Source: Alphaproteobacteria bacterium (lineage in GTDB: Bacteria > Pseudomonadota > Alphaproteobacteria > GCA-2731375). From it: 64,000 nucleotides of DNA. Both the position numbers and the translations under genes were made by a program. The stretch spans positions 160,001 through 224,000 of the forward strand of contig CBDDPY010000002.1 in the NCBI GenBank assembly GCA_965232515.1. Direction: 5' to 3'. This document shows positions 31,730 through 42,100 of this stretch, piece after piece. The notes under the pieces were generated by a model. It did not search any database. It saw nothing but the letters and a program-made list of their open reading frames with translations, and was not told where the DNA came from. The first letter of the stretch is position 1. Each line of letters begins with the position of its first letter.

Positions 31730-32712
31730 CCCAGCTTGGGGTTCACCCGGTTGCGCAACGGCTTGCCGGCGAGCGTGCGGCCAATATTGTCGAACACGAT
31801 ATCCAGCACGCCCTGGACATAGCCGTCGGCGTCGTCCGACGACACGTGCGGCGTGATGATCAGGTTCGGCGTGTCCCACATCGGCGAATGGGCGGGCAGG
31901 GGTTCGGGATTGAAGACATCCAGCACGGCGCCGCTCAGATGCCCGTCACGCAGGCGCGCCGACAGGGCCGCGTAGTCGACCACGGCCGCCCGTCCCATGT
32001 TGATCAGGCCCGCGCCCGCCTTCATCCGGCCAAGGCGGGCGTCGTCGATCAGGCCGCGCGTCTCGGCCGTCAGCGGCGTGGAGACGATGACGAAATCGGC
32101 CAGCGGCAGCACGCGGTCGAGATCGTCGGGCCCGACCATCTCGTCGACGAAGCGGGCCTTCCGGCCATGCCGCCTGACGCCCATGACATGCAGGCCCAGC
32201 GCCTTCGCCTGCCGGGCCGCGGCGGCGCCCATCTGGCCGACGCCGACGATCAGGCAGGCCTTGCCGGCGATGCTCGACGTGAAGACCGGGTCCCAGCGCC
32301 GGGCCCGCTGATCGGCGGCGAGCTTCGGCAGGCCGGCATTCAACATCAAGAGCGCCATGGCGGCATACTCGCCGGCTTTCTGCGCATGCACGCCGCGACT
32401 GTTGGTTAACGCGACGTCGGGCGGCAGCCAGTCCAGCGGCAGGAGATGCTCGACGCCGGCGCCGATGATATGGATCCATTTCAGATTGGGCGCCCGCCGG
32501 GCCAGATCCGGGGTGGGCAGGTCATAGGTGACGAGCCCGTGCGTCTTCTTAATCGAGTTGCCGAAATTGTCCAGATCCCAATCGATTATCGTCGTTACTT
32601 GCGATGCGATCTTAGCATGCCGCGCGGCCGCCACGTCGTATTGCGCCGATGTCGTGCGGAACACCGGCTCGCCCGCGCGATTGTTCTTGATATGCAGATG
32701 GAACGCCGCCAT
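31723..32712 (-). CDS. D-2-hydroxyacid dehydrogenase
   Basis: GAGVE, GVGQMG, PLTAETRGLI, INMGR, LDVFNPEPL, ITPH. Confidence 0.92.
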   Translation of the reverse strand: MAAFHLHIKNNRAGEPVFRTTSAQYDVAAARHAKIASQVTTIIDWDLDNFGNSIKKTHGLVTYDLPTPDLARRAPNLKWIHIIGAGVEHLLPLDWLPPDVALTNSRGVHAQKAGEYAAMALLMLNAGLPKLAADQRARRWDPVFTSSIAGKACLIVGVGQMGAAAARQAKALGLHVMGVRRHGRKARFVDEMVGPDDLDRVLPLADFVIVSTPLTAETRGLIDDARLGRMKAGAGLINMGRAAVVDYAALSARLRDGHLSGAVLDVFNPEPLPAHSPMWDTPNLIITPHVSSDDADGYVQGVLDIVFDNIGRTLAGKPLRNRVNPKLGY

Positions 32713-32837
32713 ACGGAACGCCTTTCGCCCGACCCGATTCGCCTGCCATTATCGTGCCTGGAGGCGTTGAGGTCAGGCTGCATGAGGGAACGCATCGTGC
32801 AAAAGCGTTTCGCCAGATCGACAGAACGGTTAGCGGC

Positions 32838-34388
32838 ATGACGACGCCGAAGGGCGCCATCGCCGCCGGACATCCCGACACGGCCGCGGCCGCGGCGGAT
32901 GTGCTGCGCGATGGCGGCAATGCTTTCGACGCCGCGCTCGCGGCACTGGCGGCGGCGTGCGTCACCGAGCCGGTGCTCTGCTCGCTCGGCGGCGGCGGCT
33001 TCCTGCTGGCCCTGACGGCGGACGGCGACAGCCGGGTCTACGATTTCTTTTGCCAGACGCCGGTCGCCAAGCTGGATGCCGACGCGCTCGATTTCCGCCC
33101 GGTCAATGTGGATTTCGGCACCACGACGCAGGAATTCCACACCGGCCTCGGCACCGTCGCCACGCCGGGCGTGGTCGCCGGCATGTTCGCCGTGCATGAG
33201 GATCTCGGCCGGCTGCCAATGTCGGAAATCTTCGCGCCGCCCGCGCAGCTGGCGCGAACCGGCGTGCCGTTGGCGCCGCTGCAGGCGGACATCCTGCGCG
33301 CCGTGGCGCCGATCTTCCTCGACTCCCGCTCGGCGCGGTCCGTCTATCAGAACCCCCAGGCCGACGACGAGGTGATGCCGGCCGGCACTCTGCTGCGGAT
33401 GCCGGGGCTGGCCGATCTGTTGGAGGAGCTGGCGCGCGAGGGGCCAGACGTCTTCTACGCCGGTCCGGTCGCGCAGGAGATCGTCAAGCTGATGCGGGAC
33501 GGCGGCAGCCTGTCGGCCGACGATCTTTCGCGGTTCAAGGTCATTCGCCGCCGGCCGCTGGCCTGCGAATTCGCCGGCGCTCAGGTGCTGACCAACCCGG
33601 CGCCGTCGTCGGGAGGACCGCTGATTGCGTTCGCGTTGGCGTTGCTCAGCGCCGAGACGGCCTGCAACGGCGCCGACCGGCTGGTCGAGCTGGCGCAGGT
33701 GATGGCGCTGGCCAACCAGGCCCGGCGCGACGTCGGCCTGGCCGATGACTGCACCCTCGCGAAGGCCGAGCGTCTGCTGTCCGACGCCTTTCTCGCGACC
33801 TACCGGGCCGAGATGGATGGGCGGGCGCTCAAGGTCGGCGGCACCACGCATATCAGCGTCGTCGACGCGGACGGCAACGCGGCGGCGCTCTCGGTCTCGA
33901 ACGGCGAGGGCTGCGGCCATCTGCTGCCGGGCACGGACGTGATGCTGAACAACATGCTGGGCGAGGAAGACATCAACCCGCAGGGCTTCTTCAACTGGCG
34001 GCCCGACAGCCGTATCTCCTCGATGATGGCGCCGACCCTGATCGAGGATCGACATGGCCGGCGCGTCGCGCTCGGCAGCGGCGGCTCCAACCGCATCCGC
34101 AGCGCCGTGCTGCAGGTCATCGTGAACGTGCTGCGCCGCGGGCTGCCGCTCACGGAAGCCATTGCCGCGCCGCGCATCCACTACGAGCGCGGGTTGTTGA
34201 ACCTGGAGGCCGGGCAGGACGAGCGGGCGCTGGCGGCGCTCGCCGGCCGGTTCCCCGACGAGAAGCACTGGCCCGACCGGAACTTCTTCTTCGGCGGCGT
34301 GCATGCCGCGTCGTTCGATCCGGCGGATCGGGCCTTCGACGGCGCCGGCGACCCTCGCCGTGGCGGCAGCGCCGTCGTCGTGGCCTGA
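32838..34388 (+). CDS. Second gamma-glutamyltransferase family protein
   Basis: GGNAFDAA, SLGGGGF, GTTHISVVD, SMMAPT, GSGGSNRI, GDPRRGG. Confidence 0.9.
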   Translation: MTTPKGAIAAGHPDTAAAAADVLRDGGNAFDAALAALAAACVTEPVLCSLGGGGFLLALTADGDSRVYDFFCQTPVAKLDADALDFRPVNVDFGTTTQEFHTGLGTVATPGVVAGMFAVHEDLGRLPMSEIFAPPAQLARTGVPLAPLQADILRAVAPIFLDSRSARSVYQNPQADDEVMPAGTLLRMPGLADLLEELAREGPDVFYAGPVAQEIVKLMRDGGSLSADDLSRFKVIRRRPLACEFAGAQVLTNPAPSSGGPLIAFALALLSAETACNGADRLVELAQVMALANQARRDVGLADDCTLAKAERLLSDAFLATYRAEMDGRALKVGGTTHISVVDADGNAAALSVSNGEGCGHLLPGTDVMLNNMLGEEDINPQGFFNWRPDSRISSMMAPTLIEDRHGRRVALGSGGSNRIRSAVLQVIVNVLRRGLPLTEAIAAPRIHYERGLLNLEAGQDERALAALAGRFPDEKHWPDRNFFFGGVHAASFDPADRAFDGAGDPRRGGSAVVVA

Positions 34389-34394
34389 GCCCGG

Positions 34395-35288
34395 TCAGGC
34401 CCAGGGCGGAACGGGCGTCATCCGTTCGACCAGATAGTCGACGAAGACTCGCACTTTCGGCGACAGATGCCGGTGGTGCGGGTACAGCACGTTGATGGCG
34501 CTGTCGTCTCGCGGCTGTCGGTCCTCGAACAACGCCACCAGCCGGCCGGCCTTCACATCCGGGCCGACCAGGAAGGCGGCGAGGCGGGCGATGCCAAGGC
34601 CGGCGAGCACCCCGTCTCGTAGGGCGTCGCCGTTGTTGGCCTCGAAGTTGCCGCGCACCTTCACTGTTTCCGGCCCCTCGAAGGTCCATTCGTTCAGCGT
34701 CGGCAGCCCGCTGAATGTCAGGCAGTTATGATTGGCCAGATCCGCTGGGGTTTTCGGTTTGCCGTGACGTTCCAGATAGGCCGGCGCTGCGCAGACGATG
34801 CGGTGGTCGGGCGCGAGGCGGCGTGCGATCAACGACGAGTCAGGCAACGGTCCGCTGCGGATCGCGACGTCGACGCCCTCCTCGACAAGATCGATGACCC
34901 GGTCGGAGAGCGCCAGCTCGACCGTCATCTCGGCATATCGCGCCAGAAAATCGGCAATGATCGGCATGATCTGACGCCGCCCGAAGGCGATCGAGGCGCC
35001 GACCCGCAGATGACCGCGCGGTTCGGCGCTGAGCTGCATGGCGGCGCGCTCGGCCTCGTCGATATCGGCGAGGATCCGGACGGCCCGGGCATAGAAGACC
35101 GTGCCCACCTCGGTCAGACCGACGCGCCGGGTCGTGCGATTGAGCAGCCGGACGCCGAGCCTGTCTTCCAGGCGTCCGATCTGCTTGCTGACGGCAGACG
35201 GCGTCAGGCCAAGTGCCCGGGCCGCCGCGGAAAAGCCGCCGTTGTCGACCACCTGGACGAGGGCGGCGAAATCTTCAGACGAGCTCAA
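34395..35288 (-). CDS. LysR-family regulator (CrgA-like)
   Basis: FSAAARALGLTPSAVSKQI..LLNRTTR; DLVEEGVDVAIR; TTG start. Confidence 0.93.
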   Translation of the reverse strand: MSSSEDFAALVQVVDNGGFSAAARALGLTPSAVSKQIGRLEDRLGVRLLNRTTRRVGLTEVGTVFYARAVRILADIDEAERAAMQLSAEPRGHLRVGASIAFGRRQIMPIIADFLARYAEMTVELALSDRVIDLVEEGVDVAIRSGPLPDSSLIARRLAPDHRIVCAAPAYLERHGKPKTPADLANHNCLTFSGLPTLNEWTFEGPETVKVRGNFEANNGDALRDGVLAGLGIARLAAFLVGPDVKAGRLVALFEDRQPRDDSAINVLYPHHRHLSPKVRVFVDYLVERMTPVPPWA

Positions 35289-35390
35289 TTGCGCCTACTT
35301 ATTCCAAACACTCATAAGTTATGTTCTGTGCAACGATATTAAGTCGAATTGGACAAAGATGTAGCCTGTTCCTCTCGGTCAGGAGAAGGA

Positions 35391-36068
35391 ATGCGCATGT
35401 CAGACCTAGCGACGACGACAATCGCGGAAGAGCTGCGCGCCAATACCGCTCATCGCATGCAGGTAATGGCGGCCGACGACTACGCGGCGATTGACAAAGG
35501 TATCGAGGATTTGAAGGCGGGGCAGGTTGGCGCCGGCCACCTCAAGGTCGGTGCGACGGCGCCGGCTTTCGAGCTGCCGAATGCACTCGGGCAACCGGTG
35601 CGCCTGTCCGAACTTACAAGCGGTGGGCCTGTGGTCCTGAGCTTCTTTCGCGGCGGTTGGTGCTCGTACTGCAACATCGAGCTCCGTGCGCTGCAGCGGT
35701 ATCTGACGGAAATCCGGGATCTCGGCGCGGAGCTGATCGCGGTGACGCCCGAGCTGCCGGACGAGACCGTGAGCACGGCCGAGAAGCTGGCGCTCAGCTA
35801 TCCGGTTCTGAGCGATAGCGGCAACCAGGTGGCGCGGGCCTTCGGCCTGGTGATGACCGTGGCCGAGGAACTGCGCCCGCTTTACAGCAAAATGGGGATC
35901 GAGCTGCCGGCGAGAAACGGCGACAACAGCTTCGAACTGCCGCTGCCCGGTACCTTCGTCATCGACCGTGATGGCACAATCCTCCAGGCCTTCGTCGACC
36001 CGGACTATCGCAATCGCGTCGAACCAATGGTTATTCTGGAGACCCTGCGGCATCGAAACCGCGATTAG
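35391..36068 (+). CDS. Peroxiredoxin-like AhpC/TSA family protein
   Basis: FFRGGWCSYC CxxC, LSDSGN, PGTFVID, DYRNR; RBS aggag. Confidence 0.88.
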   Translation: MRMSDLATTTIAEELRANTAHRMQVMAADDYAAIDKGIEDLKAGQVGAGHLKVGATAPAFELPNALGQPVRLSELTSGGPVVLSFFRGGWCSYCNIELRALQRYLTEIRDLGAELIAVTPELPDETVSTAEKLALSYPVLSDSGNQVARAFGLVMTVAEELRPLYSKMGIELPARNGDNSFELPLPGTFVIDRDGTILQAFVDPDYRNRVEPMVILETLRHRNRD

Positions 36069-36098
36069 CGAGGCCGACGGCCGGAGAGAGAACCGCCC

Positions 36099-37151
36099 AT
36101 GGCGACGAACACCGCCTTGATCGCCGGCGCGTTGGGCGTGGTCGGGCGCGCTCTGATCGAGCACCTCGACGGCCTCGACGACTGGCGGGCGATCGGTCTC
36201 TCGCGTCGTCCGCCCGACTTCGAGACCAGGGCAAGGTTCGTTTCTGTCGATCTGCTGGATTCGGAGGACTGCCGGCAAAAGCTCGCCGGCCTGCGCGACG
36301 TCACCCATGTTTTCTTCGCCGCCTACACGCCGCGCCCGACGTTGGCCGAAGAGGTCGGCCCGAACCTCGCCATGCTGTCGAACCTGGTCGGGACGATCGA
36401 ACCGGCGGCCGATGCGCTACGACATGTCCAACTGATGCAGGGCAGCAAGTGGTACGGCAATCATCTCGGACCGTATCGGACGCCGGCGCGGGAAGACGAT
36501 CCGGGGCACATGCCGCCCAACTTCTATTTCGATCAGCAACGCTGGCTCGAGGCGGCGCAGGCCGGCAAAGACTGGACCTGGTCGGCCCTGCGACCCCACG
36601 GCATCATCGGCTTCGCGGTCGGCAGCGCCATGAACCAGCTGACGGCGCTGGCGATCTATGCCGCGATATCGCGCCATCTTGGACTGCCGCTGCGTTGGCC
36701 CGGCAAGCCCGGCGCGTTCACCTCGGTCTATCAGATGACCGAGGCGGCGCATCTGGCCCGCGGCATGGTCTGGGCGGCGACCAGCCCAGCCGCCGCCAAT
36801 CAAGCGTTCAATCTAACCAATGGCGATTTCACCCGATGGTGCAATCTCTGGCCCATCGTCGCGCGCTTCTTCGACATGCCGGTCGGGCCGGTACAGTCCA
36901 TCCGGCTAGAGGACTTCATGGCCGACAAGGAGCCGCTGTGGGCGGAGATCTGCGAACAGCGCCGTTTGCGTAAATTTCGGATCGACGAACTGACCAACTG
37001 GCGCTTCGCCGATTTCGTCTATGGCAGCGACTTCGATCAGATGTCCAGCATGACCAAGGCGCGTCAGGCCGGCTGGCATGAGGTGGTCGATACCGAAGAC
37101 ATGATCTGGCGTCAGCTTGAGCGGCTGCGGCACGAGCGCATCATCCCCTGA
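36099..37151 (+). CDS. SDR oxidoreductase, PRISE (progesterone 5-beta-reductase-like) family
   Basis: GALGVVG, GLSRR, QGSKWYG, PNFYF, WSALRP, NQAFNLTNGD. Confidence 0.85.
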   Translation: MATNTALIAGALGVVGRALIEHLDGLDDWRAIGLSRRPPDFETRARFVSVDLLDSEDCRQKLAGLRDVTHVFFAAYTPRPTLAEEVGPNLAMLSNLVGTIEPAADALRHVQLMQGSKWYGNHLGPYRTPAREDDPGHMPPNFYFDQQRWLEAAQAGKDWTWSALRPHGIIGFAVGSAMNQLTALAIYAAISRHLGLPLRWPGKPGAFTSVYQMTEAAHLARGMVWAATSPAAANQAFNLTNGDFTRWCNLWPIVARFFDMPVGPVQSIRLEDFMADKEPLWAEICEQRRLRKFRIDELTNWRFADFVYGSDFDQMSSMTKARQAGWHEVVDTEDMIWRQLERLRHERIIP

Positions 37152-37489
37152 CACCTTGCGCGCGATTCGGGACCGGCGCTGTCGCCGTCCGTGAGTGAAC
37201 TGCTTCACACACCCGACCGATCGGAGAATCGATAGTGGGACAGCCGACCGTCGCCGGCAGTCCGCACCCGAATCGTCGCCAACATCACCGTCGAACCCGT
37301 CACGTGACATCGCTGCGTCAATTTTTATTGGGACTTTAAGACGTTAATGGTTAATTCTCTGCATGGGCTTGAGGTCGCCGGCATGACGCTGGTCGTTCTT
37401 CGATCCGCCAGCGGCGTGCGAGAGAATGTATGATCTCTGACGGCCATCGAGGCTCACGGAGGGGGGAGGCGCAGGGAGCGCTTGTTCTG

Positions 37490-38929
37490 ATGTGCCATTC
37501 TTGTCGTGCCGTTCGGACGTCTTCCAGCCGGACATGCGGGGCGTTTTTGGCAGCGGTTTGTGCATCGGCCACCCTGGCGGGCACGCCGGCCAGTGCCGTC
37601 ACATTGAAAGATCAACTGCAACTGCTGTTGCGGGACAACCCGCAGATCGCGAGGGCGCGTGATGATGTGGGCGCCGCGCGCGAGGGCGAGAACATCGCCA
37701 ACGCGCCGTTCCTGCCTGAAGTGACGCTTTCGGGCGATGGCGGTTACGAGAACACCGACAGCCCGGCAACCCGACGGTCCGGCCGCGGCGATTTCAGCAC
37801 CAGCCGCTATACCCAGTCGTTGACGGTAACGCAGAACCTGTTCGACGGGCAGGCGTCGACGCAGGGCCGACGGCAAGCCCAGTTCTCGACCCGGATCTCC
37901 GAGCAGACGTTGCGCAGCACGATCCAGTCGGTGGTTCTTGAAGGCGCAACCGCCTATCTCAATGTCTTGCGGCAGTCCGAGCTTGTAAAGCTGGCCCGTG
38001 GCAACGAACGCACGATCCGTATCCAGCTTGAACTGGAAGACGAACGAGTCCAGCGCGGGTCCGGCATTGCCGTCGACGTGCTGCTGGCCAAGTCGCGCCT
38101 GCAGCTGGCGAAGGAACGGCGGGTCGCGTTCGAGACAGGTCTACGCGACGCCGTCAGCCGTTATGCGCAGACGTTTGGGCAGGCGCCGGACGTTGCCGAC
38201 CTGACATCGCCGCAAAGCCCGCGATACTTGCTGCCGCCGGACCTCGGCGGCGCCGTCTCGCTGATTCAGGAAGAAAATCCGGCCATTCGCGCCAGCGGGT
38301 TCGAGGTCGATCTGGCTGACGCGCAACGCAGCTCGGCGCGATCGGGCTATTTTCCGCGCATCGATCTGATCGGCGAACAGAACTGGGAAAAGGACTTCGA
38401 CGGGACCCGGGGCATCGAGCGCAATTACTCCGTGATCGTTCAGTTCAACTGGGATCTGTTCTCGGGCTTTGCCACCCAGTCCGGCGTCGCGCAGGCGGCG
38501 AAGCAGTACTCGGCCGCGCGCGGTAACGCCCGGTTTGTCGAGCGCAAGGCGATTGAGCAGTTGGAGCTGTCCTGGCACGCTTACGAAAGCACCCAAGAGC
38601 GCCGGGAGTTATTAAGGAATGCGGTGAATATCGCCGGCGAAGTATTTGATTCCAGAAAAAGATTACGGGATTCCGGTAAAGAGACGGCGATCAACGTCCT
38701 GGACGCCGAAAACGAATTGCTGAATGCCTGCATCAATTTCGTTAACGCCGATTTCGACAATCAGATCTCGGTGTTTCAAGTGCTTTTTTCGCTGGGGCGG
38801 CTCGATCCGGAGGCCCTGGGCATCGTCGAAGACGTGACGGGAACATCAGCGCTGGCTGCCGACGCGCCGGAGTTGACCGGTGGGGGCGATGCGCTGGCGG
38901 CCGCCGGCTGTCGGATCGAGGACGGCTAG
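37490..38929 (+). CDS. TolC-family outer membrane channel of a type I secretion system
   Basis: TQNLFDG, AYLNVL, YFPRIDL, WDLFSG, VLDAENEL; start uncertain (37430-37490). Confidence 0.88.
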   Translation: MCHSCRAVRTSSSRTCGAFLAAVCASATLAGTPASAVTLKDQLQLLLRDNPQIARARDDVGAAREGENIANAPFLPEVTLSGDGGYENTDSPATRRSGRGDFSTSRYTQSLTVTQNLFDGQASTQGRRQAQFSTRISEQTLRSTIQSVVLEGATAYLNVLRQSELVKLARGNERTIRIQLELEDERVQRGSGIAVDVLLAKSRLQLAKERRVAFETGLRDAVSRYAQTFGQAPDVADLTSPQSPRYLLPPDLGGAVSLIQEENPAIRASGFEVDLADAQRSSARSGYFPRIDLIGEQNWEKDFDGTRGIERNYSVIVQFNWDLFSGFATQSGVAQAAKQYSAARGNARFVERKAIEQLELSWHAYESTQERRELLRNAVNIAGEVFDSRKRLRDSGKETAINVLDAENELLNACINFVNADFDNQISVFQVLFSLGRLDPEALGIVEDVTGTSALAADAPELTGGGDALAAAGCRIEDG

Positions 38930-39108
38930 TCCGGACCCGGCGGCGATAACCTGGCGTGATGGAGATATCGCCATTTCTCGTAAAAGCCGCCTTGGTTGCA
39001 CGCCTTTTGCATATTTGCTTTAGAAAACGATAATGACTGGTCAAATCTGTCCCAAACAGGGAATTGTTCCCGTTTCGGCACCATTTGACCCCGTAAGGAC
39101 GCGTATCG

Positions 39109-42100
39109 ATGAACCCTAAGCCAATGGCCACAGACGCTGTCGTGGATCCGCGTGCCGCCGATATGGGCGACTACACGGCTGTGCTCGATGCCGCCGGGCG
39201 GGGCAATCTGGTGGTTGACCAGGATCTGTTGATCCTGGTCGGCGACTATCAGAAGTCGGGCACGGATCTGATTCTGACCGGCCCGGACGGCGCCAAGGTT
39301 CTGGTTCTGAACTACTTCGAATCCTCAACCCCGCCGGATCTGTGGACCGCCGGCGGCGCCCGTGTCGCCAGCGAGACCGCGGCCAAACTGGCCGGCGTGC
39401 ATGATCTGGTTCAGTACGCCCAAGCCAGCGACACCACTGGCGCCATCCAGCCGATCGGTGTGGCCGAGGCCGTGCGCGGCGACGTACTGGCCGTTCGGGC
39501 GGACGGTACGCGGGTCGTCCTGCAGGACGGCTCGCCGGTTTTCCAGGGCGACGTCGTCGAGACGGGCGATGGGGCGAGCGTCGGCCTGCGGTTCAACGAC
39601 GACACCAGCTTCGCCATGCAGGGCAACGGCCGCATGGTGCTCGACGAACTGATCTACGACCCCGGCACCCAGTCGGGTTCCGCCGCGGTGTCGGTGCTGC
39701 AGGGCGCCTTCGTCTTCGTCACCGGACAGGTCGCCAAGACCGATCCCTCGAGCTTCTCCGTCAGCACGCCATTGGCCACGATCGGCGTGCGCGGCACCAT
39801 GGTCGGCGGCACCCAGGGCGATCGGCTGGATATCTATTTCAACGAAGGTGCCGGTTTTATTCAGAATGCCGGCGGCCGCGTCGACATTGACGCTGGCGAA
39901 CGCACCTTCGTGCTGGGTTTCAATCTGATCCCGCAAACGCCGCAGGCGACGCCGCCGGGCCTGTTCGACTCGCTGTTTCAATCGGCGCTGGGCGTGCTGC
40001 CGGCGACGCAGTTCTATACCCCCGGCCAGCGCGGATCGGCCGACGAACCGACCGACGAAGAAGCGCAGGCCGCGGCCGAGGTGGCGCCGGAAGCGGGCGA
40101 GGGCGCCATTCCGGTGGTCGACGTGACGCTGCAGCAGGAGCTGGTCCCGCAGCTGCCGACTCTGCTGAACCTGGCCCCGCTGCCGCCCGGATTGCAGGCG
40201 AGCCTTCAGCGCGGCGGCGCGGCGCGGCGGTCGGACAACGACGACGTCATTTTTGCGGCGTTGAATCAGGCGCCGTTCGCCATCGAATTGTCTGATGTCA
40301 GCGCGTCCGAAGGCGCCGCCATCGGTTCCGTGATCGGCGTGTTGAGCGCCACCGATCCGGACGACGGCGAGCTCACCTTCAGCATCGTCAGCGATCCCGA
40401 CGACCGGTTTGAGATCGTTGGCAACGAGCTGCGGCTGACAGCACCGCTGGACTTCGAGACGCAGCAATTTCACGACGTCGTCGTTCGGGCCACCGACAGC
40501 GAGGGGCTGAGCGTCGATCGGGCATTCGCCATCAGCGTCAGCGACGTGCCAGATACCGTCATCTTCGGCACACCCGGTGACGATGTCCTGGTTGGCGGTC
40601 CGGGCGCGGATCTGTTTATCGCGTCGCCCGGCGACGATGTTCTCGACGGGCTCGGCGGCTCTGACACGGTCGACTACAGCGATTCCGAGACCGGCATCAT
40701 CGCCGATCTGTCGGCCGGCAGCGTCACAGGCGGTTTCGACGCCACGGACACGCTTTCGAATATCGAGAACGTCACCGGAACCGGCCAGAACGACGTGCTG
40801 ATCGGCGATGCCGGCGACAACATTCTGCAGGGCGGCGCCGGCGACGATACGTTGGATGGCGGAGAAGGCAACGACACCCTGCTGGCCGGCGACGGTGACG
40901 ACACGATCATTGGCGGTCACGGCGAGGGCGACGACAATATCGACGGCGGCGCCGGCAACGACACGGTCTCCTATACCAGCGCCGTCGCGGGCATTGTCGT
41001 GAACCTTGAGACCGGCGTCGCGTTCGGCGATCCGGCGATCGGTGTCGATACGCTGAACGCCGTCGAAAATGTGATCGGCGGTCAGGCGAACGACCTGATT
41101 GTCGGCAACGCCGCCGATAATCGCCTCGAAGGCGGCATGGGCGACGATGTTGTCCTTGGTGGCGACGGCAATGACCAGATCTTCGGCGGCGACATCCGGA
41201 CCCGGGAGCCCGTGGTCCTCACGCGCCCCGGCGATGTCTATGACATCTCCGAGGTCGAACAGGTTAACCTGCGCGTCGATTTCGTTTCCGAAGGCGCCGG
41301 CTTCGAGAATACGTTCGGTTATTATCTGGCCGATGCCGACGGCGTGCCGTTGTCCGGCCAGATCGTCTTCGCCAATGTCGATATCGCCGACACGGCCAGC
41401 TTCAACCTCGACGCGACGGCGCTTGCCGGCGCCGCGCAGCTCGGCTTCTTCGTCATTCCCGACGGCTTCGGGCTGAACGACGTCCTAGTCGACGGGGCCG
41501 AGATCGGCTTCGCGTTTGTAGACGGTTTCTGGACCGTGACGCTTGGCGGCGAAGCCTTGGAAGGCGACGGCGCGCCGGCGCTGTTCAGCGATCCAAACTT
41601 GAATGCGGATGGCTTCGATCACGAGATCGACAATGACGAGCCCGGCAATTCGAACTGGGAAGATCTGGCCGGCGGCGGCGATGGCGACTTCAATGACCTG
41701 AATCTCGATATCACGGTTACCGAGATACCCGCGGAAGATGGCGATGACACACTGAGCGGCGGTGTCGGCGACGACCAGATTTTTGGCGGCTCGGGCGACG
41801 ACGTCCTGAACGGGGACGAAGGTAACGACAGGCTGTCGGGCGGCGCAGGGAATGATCAGATCGACGGCGGCGCCGGTAATTTCGACGTCGTGCTCTACGA
41901 CGACTTCGACGGCATCATGGGCGTCGAGGTCGACCTGGTCGCCGGCACCGCGCGCGATTCTCACGGCGATACCGACCAGCTCAGCAACGTCGAGGGCGTG
42001 GTCGGCTCCCGATTCGACGACCTGATCGTTGGCGACGCCGCCGACAACTTGATTGCCGGCGGCGAGGGCAGCGATGTGATGACGGGCGGCGATGGCGCCG

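Noticed and set aside
38995-39011. Sigma54-like TTGCACG-N4-TTGCA upstream of the RTX gene
   Set aside because: Lacks the invariant GG at -24.
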